From Lytechinus pictus (Eukaryota), in the NCBI RefSeq assembly GCF_037042905.1, contig NC_087259.1, positions 15,872,001-15,936,000 of the forward strand: 64,000 nt of DNA, given 5' to 3'. The notes under the pieces are model-generated. The model saw only the letters and a list, made by a program, of their open reading frames with translations. It did no database searches and was not told the origin of the DNA. Below are positions 51,218 through 64,000 of the stretch, piece by piece (position 1 is the stretch's first letter; every line of letters starts with the position of its first letter). A program made the position numbers and the translations under genes.

Positions 51218-52214
51218 CTTAAAGGTTAATACTCATGCCGATAAAGATGTGTCAATATAATCATGGACCTACTAGGAGGTCCATGGTATTGTAAGGGTTG
51301 AATTTTGCCATGTTTAATCTAATTGTTTATTTTACACTTTGCTTTCCATATAGTGCTCTTCACTTCCCATTTCTATACCATTGTTACACACCTGTTTCTC
51401 CCATTCCTTACTTTCTACATCACATCATTCCATTGCCATCCCAACTCCATACAGCTCCACATATTTTTTTTGGTCCTTTTTCATTCTTATTCAGAACATT
51501 GTTCCTCATTCATATCATCCTATCTCATCCTCATTGGTTCACCTTTCACCCTTGGTTCTTCCACTTTTCTGGGTTCTTCCATTCTTTCTTTCTCTATTGG
51601 TTGAATTTATCATGTGACACTATTTTTGAATATATTATTTGTAAAGGCAATGCCTAGTGAAGTCTGGATTTCAGGCCAATAAATCAGAGCATCACTGGAC
51701 TTCATTTTGTCGACATCTTTATTTTGAGTTTAGTTCAGCTACAATTATATTTTAGGTTCTTATTTGGTGCTACTGGCTGTTTGATATGATTTGAGTTTGC
51801 TTGTTTACGACTGAATTTGTGAGGTGTATCTTTGAACATTCGGCCACTCTACAGTGTAATGGATCAGATGCATGCATAAAAAGTAGCAATTGTTTTTGCT
51901 AGACTTTTGCTTGATTCCGTACGCATAAAAATTATGTTTTCTAGGAAAATCACTCCACTAGTGTCAAATCAAGGATTTTTCAAATGAGATGGAGCAACAG
52001 CAATCAAAATCCCTTTGAACCACGTTTGAAGCCGCCAGCAGAAAGTATGTCATACATGCACTTCTTCCTTTTTTTAAATTGCATATGGAAGATTTTGCAT
52101 GTACCTATATAAGTCATGTGAATGGAATTATGTAGTCGATCTGGCAGTCCCATATGCACCAACCTAGAAATATTTTTTCCGATGAAGTTTTGTTATTGAT
52201 TCGTGTTCCTATGG

Positions 52215-54245
52215 CATAGGCGGATCCAGGGGGGGGGGGGCGAGGGGCCCGCCCCCCCCCCTATTGGCGGAGCAAAAAAAAAAAAGGAAAGAAAGAAAGA
52301 AAAAAAAAGGAAAAAGGAGGGAAAAGAGAGGAGAAAAAAGAAGAGGAGGAAGACGAGTGAATAAAATAAGATGAGGGGAAGAGTTGAAAAATAAAAAGAA
52401 TCTTTCATGTCACTATATAAAATTTTCGCTCGCGCTTCGCGCTCGCATTGCCTGTTAGCTGATTTTCATATCTTGTTCAATATGAAGTTTAAATATCAAG
52501 TTTGGATTATTATTTTCGTGTATTCCATAAAGTTTTCATAATATCCCTTTTCATGTCTGATTGTCAAAACATATCAGCTAGCGCTGCACGCTCGCATTTT
52601 GATTGGCGAGCTATGTATGTCTCATTGATTATACAACAAACTACTTTAAATCCCTTTTCATGACAGTTTATCAAAAATTTTGGCTCGCGATTTGCGCTCG
52701 CATTAATGGTTAAAATATATTAACTGATGCATCCTATTTATAATTAAAAAAGTGCTTGAAATGTCAAATTTTCAGGCCATAATATCAGATTTCGCGCCCT
52801 CATTAGGCATTAATGAATAAGATATTAATTTAATAATTGAATTGTCCCTTTTGTTTCACTAGCGCTTAGCAAGAGGAATAGGAAGATAGTCATTTATTTT
52901 CATATGATGACATGTCCTAAGGATGTCCCGGTCCTATGTTAAAACTCAAAGTAATAATAATGGAAAATATCGGCTCTTTACTAAGTGCAATCCATATCCA
53001 CCTCACAATTTTCCTACAAAGTGCTTGAAATATAGAGCTGAAATTGATTCTTTTTTCAGATCGGAATATTAAATAGTTTACGCTCGCGCCTAGCGCTCGC
53101 TTTGATTGTCATGATAAAATATGTATTTAGAATGCCTAGATTCTAGGTCTAAATATGAAACACGCGCGTGCATATTTATTCAGATACTAAACTTGTTCTC
53201 TTTTTAAATCATTATCCAGTTTCATATCACAATATCGAAAATTGTCTGCTCACGCTTTGTGCTCGCATTATCAATGTAGCAAGATCCCCTATTACTCATT
53301 CTTTTCATGATTTACATGATAGTGTCCCGTTTTTAAGTCTAAATCTCGATTTTTTTTTCCGCTCGCGCTCGCATCAATTGGTTAGTTATATAGCTATCCT
53401 TTTCACGATTACACAAATTGATTGAAATTTTACATTCTTTATGTAGAAATGTCAAAAATTTTCAGCTCGCGCTTCGCGCTCGCATTATTTGATTGTTGAC
53501 GTCTTCATGACTAAGTGCAAGTAGTCCTTAACAGGTACCTTTTCGATCAGTTCAAAACGTAAATAAAAATGTTCTGCTCGCGCTCTGCGCGCGCATTATT
53601 AATGTAAGGATTAAGATCCCCAATTACTCATCCTTTTCACGATTTACAAAACATGAATAGAGTGTCTCGTCCATTAGGTCTAAATCTCGAAATTTTCCGC
53701 TCGCGCTTCGCGCTCGCATCAATTGTTAAGTTATATACCTATTCTGTTTAAGTTTTTAAGTTAAAGTTAAAATGCTTAAAATTTCCATTCTTTCGGTAAA
53801 AATGTCAAAAAATTTCAGCTCGCGCTTCGCGCTCGCATTATTTGATTTTTAAAATATGCAACGTCTTCATGGCTAACTGCAAGCAGTCTTTAACAGGTAC
53901 CTTTTCCATCAGTTCATTTCTGCTCGCGCTTCGTGTTTGTAGTAATTAATTTATTCATTTGCATAAACATTTGTTTCAGGATAACAAACATTGCCCAGAA
54001 TGTTCAAAATTTTAGGAGAAAATACATAAGATTTCCCCAAAAAAAATAGCTCGCGCTTCGCGCTCGCATTATACAAATAGGATAATGATATTATATAGTA
54101 AGGTTAATCATAAGAATGAAGCTAAGAAGTGACTTAAGACTACCCCTTCAAAGAAACCAAAATTCATCTTCGAGCGGCCGATCGGGGAAAATATGGCTAA
54201 AAAAATTCCGCCCCCCCCTATTGGCGAAGGCTGGATCCGCCCCTG
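52215..54245. mobile_element. 2-kb non-autonomous DNA transposon with internal gctcgcgcttcgcgctcgc repeats
   Basis: TIR cataggcggatccag / ctggatccgcccctg; 6-bp direct flank ctatgg (52209-52214 and 54246-54251). Confidence 0.85.
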
Positions 54246-55809
54246 CTATGGGGTCCTAGTAGAACAAATTCAGCTTGGTTGCCCGAACGGCAACTTTGCT
54301 AATTTGCATAAATCCAAAATGTCCGCCATTTTAAAAACTTAACTTTTGAACCCCTAATTACCCCCAGAACGATGAGGAATATTTCCTTTTTGGGTCTTGG
54401 GGTGTGTAGAATCCATTTATTTTGTCATTTTTGCAATATAAGGTCATCTTCAGGTCAAAATCCAAGATGGCCGCCAGACGTACATATCTTGAAAATGAAA
54501 TTTGATCCCATTGCCCCAGAATGGTGACCTCTTTATAGGGGTTTTGGGGTGTGTAGAATCAATCAAAATCTATTTTGCAAAATAAGGTCGTACAGCCCAT
54601 GCAGATGACGCCATCTTGACAAAAATAACTTTTTAACCCTTTGCCCCAGAATCATGATTGACACCTTTTTTATGAGTTATTTGGTAAGTTGATTCCATTT
54701 TTGTTATTAATTTTGCATTATAGGATCATCTTCAGATCAAATCCAAGATGGCCGCCATCTTGAAAAGCCTATAGCTACTTACGTGTAGGAGTCACGGAAA
54801 TAAGCCACCGTTTAAAAAGAATATAAACAGGTAATGCGCGCTGAAATTTTCGATATACTGTATGACCCGAAATTAAAACTTATAAGCAGAATAATTTGAG
54901 CATATTGACTTGAAAACTGGTTATTTTAATCCCAATGCTTTCCTCTTGAGCAGATTAATCTAAATTAAAATTTTGCCTTACTGCCAGTCTATTATCTATG
55001 TTTATACAGAACATGACATATTTTTTCCAATTAGACATACAAAAGTTATAGCTTGTCTATACATTATATTCTACTTTTTATATTGTATATGTGTATGTGT
55101 GCATGTCCGTATGTATGTGTGTGTGTATGGGTGCGTGTGTATGTGTGTATATGTATGTATATATATATATATATGTGTGTATATATATGTACATGTGTAT
55201 GTATGTGTAAACATAATATATATGCAGCAGATTAGATTAGCTTTGCATCCCTCTCCCTATCTCTATTTTTCTTTCTATATTCTAGGCAGTTGTCATCGTA
55301 CTATTGTCCACCCTCATGTACCGTCCTGTGTTGTGTTGTGTTGTGTCGTGTTATTGTCTTTTGTCTCTGAATTTCACAATCCTGTATATAAGATTTGTTT
55401 GCTCCTTTCGTTATCTTCATGTATTCCTTTACATATATTTCAATATTTTTTCTATCCTAACTTTTTGAGGGGTTCACATTTTACAAGCTTTGCTTTTCAG
55501 TGGACCCCTCCATTCTTCTCATGATATATGATTATATTGATTTAATTATATTTAATTATATTGATTATATTGATTTAAATATATTTGAATCACTTATTGA
55601 ATATGTATATTATTTATTCAATGTTGAATTTTGTTCATGCTTTTATTTGAATTGAATTGATTTATCATGTAATTATTTGTATTATGTTGAAGAATGAAAA
55701 TAAATTGAATTGAATTGAATTGAATTGAATTGAATCTCACTCATAATAGGCAATGCGAGCGCGAAGCCTGCGAGAGCGAAATTTTTGGTTTCATAAAATA
55801 ACCTGAAAA

Positions 55810-56233
55810 CATGGGTGTCGATCAGTATTCTTGGTTGGGGGGGATGATGACACAAAAGTTCTTGTGGATGGGGATCTTTCAACATTACCCCCACTAAAAT
55901 CACAAGTTAGGACATTTGGGAGTGATTGATATGCATGGTGTTCTTGGAAATTCCTTCATTGTTGTAGTGTACTGTACTTATATAATTTTTTTTTAAATTC
56001 AATTTGTGTTACAAGTAAGCCTATTCTAAACTCATACGAAAGAAAAAATGACAAAAATCATCTGGAACATGTACATAGTGATCTGTTGATTGAGCATGAT
56101 GTATACACAGGGGCATCGATCAATTTTTCAGATGGGGGGGGGGGGCAAAATCATGAATCAACGTTCCAAAGACGCTCGATCATATAAAACGAACAAACTC
56201 ACCCACACACCCCTACACCCCCACACATAGGCC

Positions 56234-56284
<51 letters not shown>

Positions 56285-57458
56285 TCATGAGAAAGAGACA
56301 CATATCTCAACCTCACCAACAATGCGAGCGCGAAGCGCGAGCTGAAAATTTTTAGTATGACATGAAAACAGGAAAAATGTACCTGTTTAGGTTTGCTTGT
56401 ATTAACTCATGAGGAGCATAGATACATGTATCTCACTAGAGAGCGAGCTAAAATTTCTTTATATTCTGACGTGAAAGCTTGATATTCTAAGCACTTTTGG
56501 TACCAATGATTAAGATGGGTATCTAGAAGAACAATAGATGCGAGCGCAAAGCGTCAGCTGAAAATTTTAATATTTCGATCTGGACAAAAAGACAATTTAA
56601 TGGACGCTTTTAATAAAGAACAAGATATATATCCAACAAAAGATTATTGCAAATCGAAGCGGGAGTTCTTTTGAGGTATAGAACTGAAAACGGGACATTC
56701 TATTCACCTATTTAATCATGAAAAGTATGGGGTTTTGGTACAGAAATGATGCGAGCGCGAAGCGCGAGCTGAAAAATTTTATATTCCGATCTGAAAAGCA
56801 GACATTTTGGGCACGATTTTAGATCAAAATCGAGTTGGTTTCTTAATCTCGCTTGCTGGTTTCAGTGTAGCATTACAATCTTATTTTATTTTTAGTTGCA
56901 CATGCGGAATTATTGGGAGGGGGGCAAAACGATATGTTCCCCCCAAATATTTTCATTGGTGGGGCTATTACCCGGTACTCTAATAGCTATATTGTCATTC
57001 CTTAGACGATTTATCTTGCCACCCTTTTACTCCCGTTTGTTTTTCCACCCTTTTGAATTAATTGATTTATTAAAATTAATTCATTCACCACTGGTGGGAT
57101 GGAACACCCTAACAACAAAAGTTGTTTTTCGTTGGGGTCCTTTTATGTCATGTGTTAAAAAATATCATATACATAAACATTTCAAACTTTTTCATCTTGA
57201 ACTTCCACCCATCTGTTTAATAGTCCTGAAAAAGAATGTTTTCATTTAATAACAATATACACAAATTGCGAGGGAAACAAACTGATTGATGGCATACTAT
57301 AATCATCATGATCAAACTTTTCATTTTTTCATCATCATTATTATAATTTTTCTACCCTAAATTATTGGGGGGGGGGGGATGATAATACAGGCCATCCCCC
57401 CCACTTGAAATATTGGGGGGGATATATCCCCCCATCCCCCCCGTGATCGACACCCATG
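55810..57458. mobile_element. hAT-like element containing nested repeats
   Basis: Perfect 14-bp TIR catgggtgtcgatc / gatcgacacccatg; exact 8-bp TSD cctgaaaa. Confidence 0.85.
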
Positions 57459-57647
57459 CCTGAAAATGTTTTACTTTCCAATTATTCCCCTTGCCGTTTC
57501 ATTTCCCCTTTCCCCTCTCTCATCTGTATTCTTTTTTTTTGGGGGGGGGCCTCTCCCTCCTTTTTCTTTTCCTTTTCAAGCGTCGCCCATAGGGCCCCCT
57601 AGATCCGCCAATGCTACAACCGATAATCGCGGTCCGATTGCTGGGCC

Positions 57648-58094
57648 CAGCGTGGCCAGTGAAAAAAAAAAATTATGCCAGAGGAGCAGCGAAATTATGC
57701 TAAATCGCGAAAAATTATGCCAAACCGTTATGGACCCTAGGATTTTCCACAGGGAGGGGACAAAACCGTCCGCCAAAAAAATTTGACAAGCAAAAAAAAA
57801 AAAAAAAAAAAAGGTCTTCAATCACAAATAAAGGAGTTCGTACCAGAAAAAAAATTGACAAGCAAAAAAAAAAAAAAAAAAAAAAAAAAGGGCTTCAATC
57901 TTCAAATAGATCAAAATTATGCTAAATATGCTATTATTATGCCAGATTCTTTGCTTTAAAAAGTCTAATTATGCACCAAATTATGCTGAAAGGGTCGAAA
58001 TTATGCCAGAAAAAAAGTCTAATTATGCCAGAATTATGCCGGCATAATGAATTATGCTGAAAGGGTCGAAATTATGCCAGTTCTGGCAACGTTG
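57648..58094. mobile_element. hAT-like MITE with aattatgc subterminal repeats and a nested insertion
   Basis: TIR cagcgtggccag / ctggcaacgttg; 8-bp TSD gctgggcc. Confidence 0.8.
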
Positions 58095-59199
58095 GCTGGG
58101 CCCCCGCAACACATTGGTTAGCGATTAATCGCTAACCTATCAAGATCATCGTTGCATGCGCATTTTGCTCAGGAGACTGACTACGAACCAATCAGAATTG
58201 TTCTTTCAAATTAGCAATCAATCGCTAATCGTTGTGTAACACAAATTTACATAAAAGAAAAATTCTGATTAGTTCCTGGTCAGTATTTTGAAGTAAATGC
58301 GCTTGTAACATTGATCTTAAATTGGTCAGTCCATTTAGCAAATGATCGCTAATCTTTATGTTACAGGGCCCAGAAGCATAATGAGCAAAAATTATTTAGG
58401 GGGCTTATAGGGCAACATTTGTAAAAAGATGAGAGCGAACAAAGCGAGCTAGCAAAAAATACCCTTTTAATGCAAAAATCTAGTTTGATGATAGAATTTG
58501 ATATACTATTTAAAAATTAATTTCATATTTTACCCTTTTTCCTTTCCTTTTTTTGTAATGCTGAAATTTTTTGGGCAATGATCATGCCCCATGCCCCCCC
58601 CCCATTCGTCCAATCTGTACGCCTGTGACTGTGACCAGGAACCTTTTTTTGGGGGGGGGGTATTTTATCCTTTTCTCTATTGTTCCATTAAAAAAAAATA
58701 TATATAAGTTGTTTCTTTTTAATATTTGAAAAGTGCTATTTTGATAGTCAATCACGATAGAATTAATTTATACCGGATTTATTAAAAAAAAAAAGATTGG
58801 GAGGGGGATTTGGGAGTGTACGCCCCTATACAGCGCCATTTATCTGTTAAAAAAAATGCAAAAAATCAATATTTTAGACCCCTACCCATCCAAGAAAAGG
58901 GAGAAATCACAATCTATGAAGAAAAAAAACCAAGACTATGATGCAGACTCATAGAGATGTATACTAATAACTATACATCTCTATGTGCAGACTCGACTTC
59001 AGGCAAAACTGCACTTTTTGTTATAGCGCCATCTTTTGATCAAACATTGACAGAAAACATTGCGAGATGTCATCTAACAAAGTTACGGCTGTGGCTGGCT
59101 AGCGAAATGGAAGAGACATCAAAAACAGAGGAAAGATAGACAGTATTAGATGCGGCAGTGTGCAGTACAGTACCATATTATATTAGGTAAGACAAAGAG

Positions 59200-59700
59200 T
59201 TTGGTATATTAGCAAAAACAGATACATAGCTCAGATCTGGCCTCTGCTCTGACTCTGCACTTGCTCAGCCTCGGTCGCCAAACAACTGCCCAGGGCCAGG
59301 CAGTGGCAGTGCAGTGCAGTGGCCAGGACTGGAGCCTGACGTGTGCGTCATGCATCAGCAAATATAATCGCAAGATACCGGTATCCTTTAATCCACAGAG
59401 CATAGCCATAGATCTAGATAACATAGAAGGTTGGGGGGAGGGGGAGGAGGGGAGTATGATGTGTAGACATTTAATCAAACCATGCAAACATCGGCACTTG
59501 ATTTGGATTTGGTCATGTTGGTAGATAGACCAAAAGCTTCGGTCTCTGTTATGTTGGTTGTTCAGCTGAACTCCGTTGGCTTCACTCACCAAATACAGAG
59601 ACCGAAGTTCTAGCGCGATCTGTACAGGGGACTCAATGGCCATATGTTTATGTACTTAAGATCGGATAAAACGGGGAAGTGAATTTGCGCGACAGCCGAG
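59200..59700 (+). other. Probable non-coding 5' exon of the ABCA gene (5' boundary uncertain)
   Basis: GC-richer unique sequence ending at a consensus donor GAG|gtaagt (59700/59701). The next acceptor (tcttgcag, 61364) opens the ATG-containing exon. Confidence 0.55.
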
Positions 59701-60246
59701 GTAAGTCACTGTTTTTGTTCCTTTTAACTTGATTTTTCTCAGTTTTTTGGCAATTAATGCCAAGAGGGAATATTAATTTGCATTTTGGTCGCGTTAATTT
59801 TCAAAATTTTTATTCATTAAAGACAAAAATTGAAGAGCCCCGACGGGGGAATTTTGCATTGCAAGTCCCCTAATGGTGGCTGCACGCTAGCGAGCCGTCT
59901 GTGTACGAGGAGAAAAAAAAAAAAAAAAAAAAAAGTTAAAAAACTCCTCGAAACAGACGGCTGCCAGCTGTCTAGTTGGTAGAGTTCTACCTCGAGCGAT
60001 GTTCGTGCATGCTCCACTGCACATCACTACCGCTACACTACGCTCCACCTGCCCGAACATCGGGACGGTGAACCAGTTCGGATATACCGTGTGGCAAAGG
60101 TGGGATCAAATGGTGGTTTATTGTAAAAATTATAGAAAAAAATATAACGAGAAAGAAATATAGTTTTATTTCTTACTCTTCACCCTTATTTCACTCCGTG
60201 TCCATCCTCCGGTTATCCTCAAAATTGGTGATTTTGGGCCAGTATA

Positions 60247-60537
60247 TAATTCCTCACACGTAATTATTCACGGCTGATTTCAAAACATCGCATGAGAGGG
60301 TCACTGGTCAAACAGCATGAATATTTATATTATATTGGATCGCTCAGAAAATACCAGAAATATTCCAAGAGTTTGGGAAAATATGGGAAAATATTCCACT
60401 GATTCGTAAGATATTATCCCAAACTCTTGGAATATTTCTGGTATTTTCTGGGCCACCCAATATAATATAAATATTCATGCTGTTTGACCAGCAACGCAAT
60501 GTTTTGAAATCGGCCGTGAATAACGTGTGAGGAATTA
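60247..60537. mobile_element. Near-fully palindromic MITE in ABCA intron 1
   Basis: taattcctcacacg...cgtgtgaggaatta with long complementary arms (e.g. cagaaaataccagaaatattccaagagtttggg / cccaaactcttggaatatttctggtattttctg). Confidence 0.85.
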
Positions 60538-60705
60538 GATATTTTGCAAATATTTATACAAGTTTGAGTTTACTTCAAAAATTCAACCCTTTTCCCTTTG
60601 TAGCATTCTGTGTTTGTGTTTTATTAAAAAAAAACTTTATCATGATAAATACAAATTCACTTGAATTCAAACATTGGATTGAATGTAATGTCTTATTGTC
60701 TGTAA

Positions 60706-61277
60706 AGGACAAGTCCACCCCAACAGAATGTTTTTTTGAATAAAAAGAGAAAAAACCAACAAGCATAACGCTGATAATTTCATCAAAATTCGATGTAAAA
60801 TAAAAAAAGTTATGATATTTTAGAATTTCACTTAAGTTTACAAAACAGTTATATGCACATCCTGGTCGGTATGCAAATGAAAGAACTGATGACATCACAC
60901 ACTATTTCTTTTGTATTTTATTGTATGAAATATGAAATATTTTAATTTTCTCCTCGATATCATGTGTATCAAAGTTTTTTTTCCTCCCTGACATGTGGAA
61001 TTACTATTGTTATAATATTTTGTGGTTCAGTCAAGTTGGTCATTGTTGTCAAATCTGTAAAAATTGAAAAATGGTTTAATTCAAATGATAAAAAACAAAA
61101 GAAATAGCGAGTGAGGGACATCATCGACTCTCATTTGCATATCACTTAGTTGTGCATATAACTGTTTGGTGAAAAATAAGCGAAACTTTAATATATAAAC
61201 TTTGAAATTTTCAGCGTTATATTTGTTAGATTTTTCGATATTGATTTGAATCAACATTTTTCATGTGGACTTGACCT
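60706..61277. mobile_element. Kolobok-like non-autonomous element
   Basis: TIR aggacaagtccac / gtggacttgacct with (g/t)taa flanks. Related fragments at about 120-575, 40790-40975 and 46800-46995. Confidence 0.7.
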
Positions 61278-61449
61278 TTAAAGGTTGTGCTTCAAGGGGG
61301 AATAAGAATTGATTGAACGCATAAAGCCAGGCCCATTCATACCTTTGATTATCTTGTCTTGCAGGTCTGTAGCCAAGTGAGTTTCTCTAGACTGGTACCA
61401 GGTTTTCAGGTATACCGGAGCCACCTTCCTATACCCCATTAGAACCATA

Positions 61450-62352
61450 ATGGGGTTTATGCACCAGCTCCTTATTCTTCTCTGGAAGAATTGGACTTTG
61501 AAAAGGAGAAGTCCTGTAAGTATTGATTTAACTTCGTTTTTTTTCTCACTTTAATAGGCCCTTCAGCATAAAAGATAAAAATAGATTTTACAATTAATTA
61601 TGATTTGTAAAGCAAACTTCATTACAAAAATCTTCAATTTGTGATTATTATGCCACAAGGGCCCCACAAGTCCAATGATTTTTATATGATTTGATATACT
61701 TCATACTTTATGTACATGTAAAGGTTATTGCAAAAATGCATATTCTAGCATTTTTGCTGCGATACATGTTTTTTTTCTTCACAAACCATAATTGAATTGA
61801 ATTGTTATCCCTGGAATATATTAAAGCCCAAATTTAAGTTACGGTGATGGATTAGTAATATGAATTACGCTTTACAGTATTAAAAGAAATATGGTTGTTG
61901 AATGTTTTTTCAGTTGTCCTCTCTCGGTAATGTTTTTTTTTTTTAATTCAAAATATCCTTTCAGCAGTTACTTTAAGCTACAAAAAGAGACCATATCCTG
62001 AAATTTGCAGCCTTCTTCATGCTTGAGAAGGGGTTCTAAATTTGCAAGACAAAAAATATACAGATCTTATTTAATTTGGGAGCTAATTGAAATAAATTTT
62101 GAAATAAATATTTCAAATCATTCATTGAAATACATTTTACACAAATAGAATCTAAAAATAGATGTACTAAAACTGAAGATTGTTCTTAAACTACATGTAT
62201 TGGTATTATTGTGCTTGATGGATTTATATTTTTAATCTCTTTCTATTTTCTCTACCAGTTTGTTCTTCTGTTGGAGATCTTGATTCCACTCACATTATTC
62301 TTCATCTTAGTATCTCTCAGACACCATAAACCATCCATTCCAGAAAGCCAGA
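61450..62352 (+). CDS. ABCA2: ABC transporter subfamily A (ABCA2-like), first two coding exons; gene continues beyond the window
   Basis: Exon 61365-61515 (CDS from ATG 61450: MGFMHQLLILLWKNWTLKRRSP, 66 nt) and exon 62259-62352 (FVLLLEILIPLTLFFILVSLRHHKP..., 94 nt), both followed by gtaagt donors. The N-terminus closely matches ABCA2 (MGFLHQLQLLLWKN.TLKRRSP). Confidence 0.85.
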
Positions 62353-64000
62353 GTAAGTCTTAAAGTAAAAGTCTGTTTTAATTTATCTTTTGTCAGTCTT
62401 GGAGTTTGTTCTTTATGTATAATGTTTTGCCCGTTTTACTTTTTGGTTCGTAATATGTATTCATTTTATATTTTTGTTTTTTTTATGTTGTTTTTACATC
62501 AATCTATTGTAAATATTGTGATTCTTAATGATTTATTATTAAAAACATAGATCTGTAAAAGAAAGTCTGTTTAATAAATATTGGCATCCTGAAGATTAAT
62601 TTCATGTCAAAGCGTCAGTTTGTTTGATTTTAAACAATGTATGTAGGCCTGTCTATTGTATTGTCAAGCATATAACATAATGGCAAATTGTTTGATATCA
62701 TTGGTTGTTTAAAGATTTGAAAGTAGTAGGTTTTGTCACTGATTTCATGAAAAAGTCTGTAAACTCAAGGGCATTTGTAACTAGATCATTGTAGATCTGG
62801 ATCTGGTACAGTTTTGTGAAATGAAATCTAATCTAAAAAACCAATCATGTTGAAGATCGCCTGCACAGATAAGCACATGTGAGACAGTGTGGGTTTAAAG
62901 GTTTTTTTCAGTTATGGACGAGGGCCGTGCATGCACTCGTTAAAGGGTATCAAAAACACAGATTAAAAAAAAAGGGTGGTTTTGAAAGACTGGTCAATGG
63001 TCAATCGCAGGGTCAAACGTATTTAGGGTATGTTTTTTTTTCCAAAGCTTTTTTTTTTCTAAGACTAGCCAAACGTTTTTAGGGTATGTTTCTTCCCCCA
63101 AGCTTTTTCCCTGGGGTCATATTCAGGCGACAACTTGTTTAGCGGCCAAAATGTGGAAATAAAGCCTGCGAAAAAACTTGTTTAGGGGGTTATTTTGCAC
63201 ATGGAGAAAAACAAGTTTAGGGGGTGTTTGGAAATAATTTGTGTACAACAATACATTTGACTACCCCCCCCCCCCCGGTAACCCCCCCACATTTGATGGA
63301 ATTCTGTGCTTTTATTACACATTTTTTTTTCCTGAGTCGTTTGCCACATATTTTTTCATTATGCATACTAACACTTGGGTGGCCATTTTATTGGTTTTTG
63401 TTCGAACTAATTTTGAGATCATTACCACAACCGGCATTTATGTATCTTTGATTTTCATGTCAAAGTGATATGTTTGGTTAGATTTTTAAATGCATGTGTT
63501 TAAAAACACCTGTCCATGTGGTCAAACATATTACATAAAGGCAAAATGTTACGGTTGTTTTAATGACAATGATTATTAGAACTCTGCCCTTATTTCGATT
63601 TTTTTTATAATGCTCTTGATTTATTTGGGTAAAAATTGAATAGGGTCTTTTAGTGTTAAGTCTACTTAATCGTGTCCTTGTATGATTGTTCTTATTACTT
63701 TTCTTTTAAATTTAATTTATATTCAAGAATCAGGATGACTCTTGTAATGTGGGTCATAATAAGGATAACAGTTGGGTGGAAGTATACATGTACACAAAAT
63801 TATAGGTCAAGTGTTGCTGAGCATCAGTGATAAGAGAGACCGCATACAATGATATCTTTACTTGTAATTGGTCTATATGATAATGCTTGTTTGTACAGAC
63901 ACTGATAGGTTCTTCTCTGTACAATATTGTGAAGAGCCTCAATATATAAACATTGCATTAAAGCGATAGACAGAATTTGTGTGCACAACACAGTGTAATC

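Overview
AT-rich, repeat-dense animal genomic DNA with spliceosomal introns. The repeat types and gene set suggest an echinoderm, probably a sea urchin (inference only). One assembly gap lies at 38204-38357. Genes: (1) two tandem, intronless, ~49% identical S-adenosylmethionine mitochondrial carrier ORFs (SLC25A26-like; 1253-2098 and 5311-6126, +), each directly preceded by a splice acceptor; (2) cyclophilin PPIL3 (4 coding exons, 17205-20448, +), whose initiator-ATG exon I could not find in the window, so the two carriers probably sit inside PPIL3 intron 1; (3) a complete 6-exon NXPE-family gene (37441-25576, -) with a non-canonical catalytic motif; (4) a complete 6-exon PLP-dependent class-V C-S lyase of the Egt2/L-cysteine desulfhydrase/CefD type (46750-41533, -); (5) the 5' end of an ABCA2-like transporter (from about 59200; CDS starts 61450, +). 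NXPE intron 3 holds a ~4.9 kb foldback made of inverted unique ends, a 27-bp array facing a related 30-bp array, and a central hairpin. The rest is MITEs, hAT-like and Helentron-like non-autonomous elements, SINEs, an L2 LINE fragment and microsatellites. Best leads: a possible one-promoter, three-protein PPIL3/SAM-carrier locus; the lyase as a candidate for the unassigned animal ovothiol C-S lyase; and the foldback.
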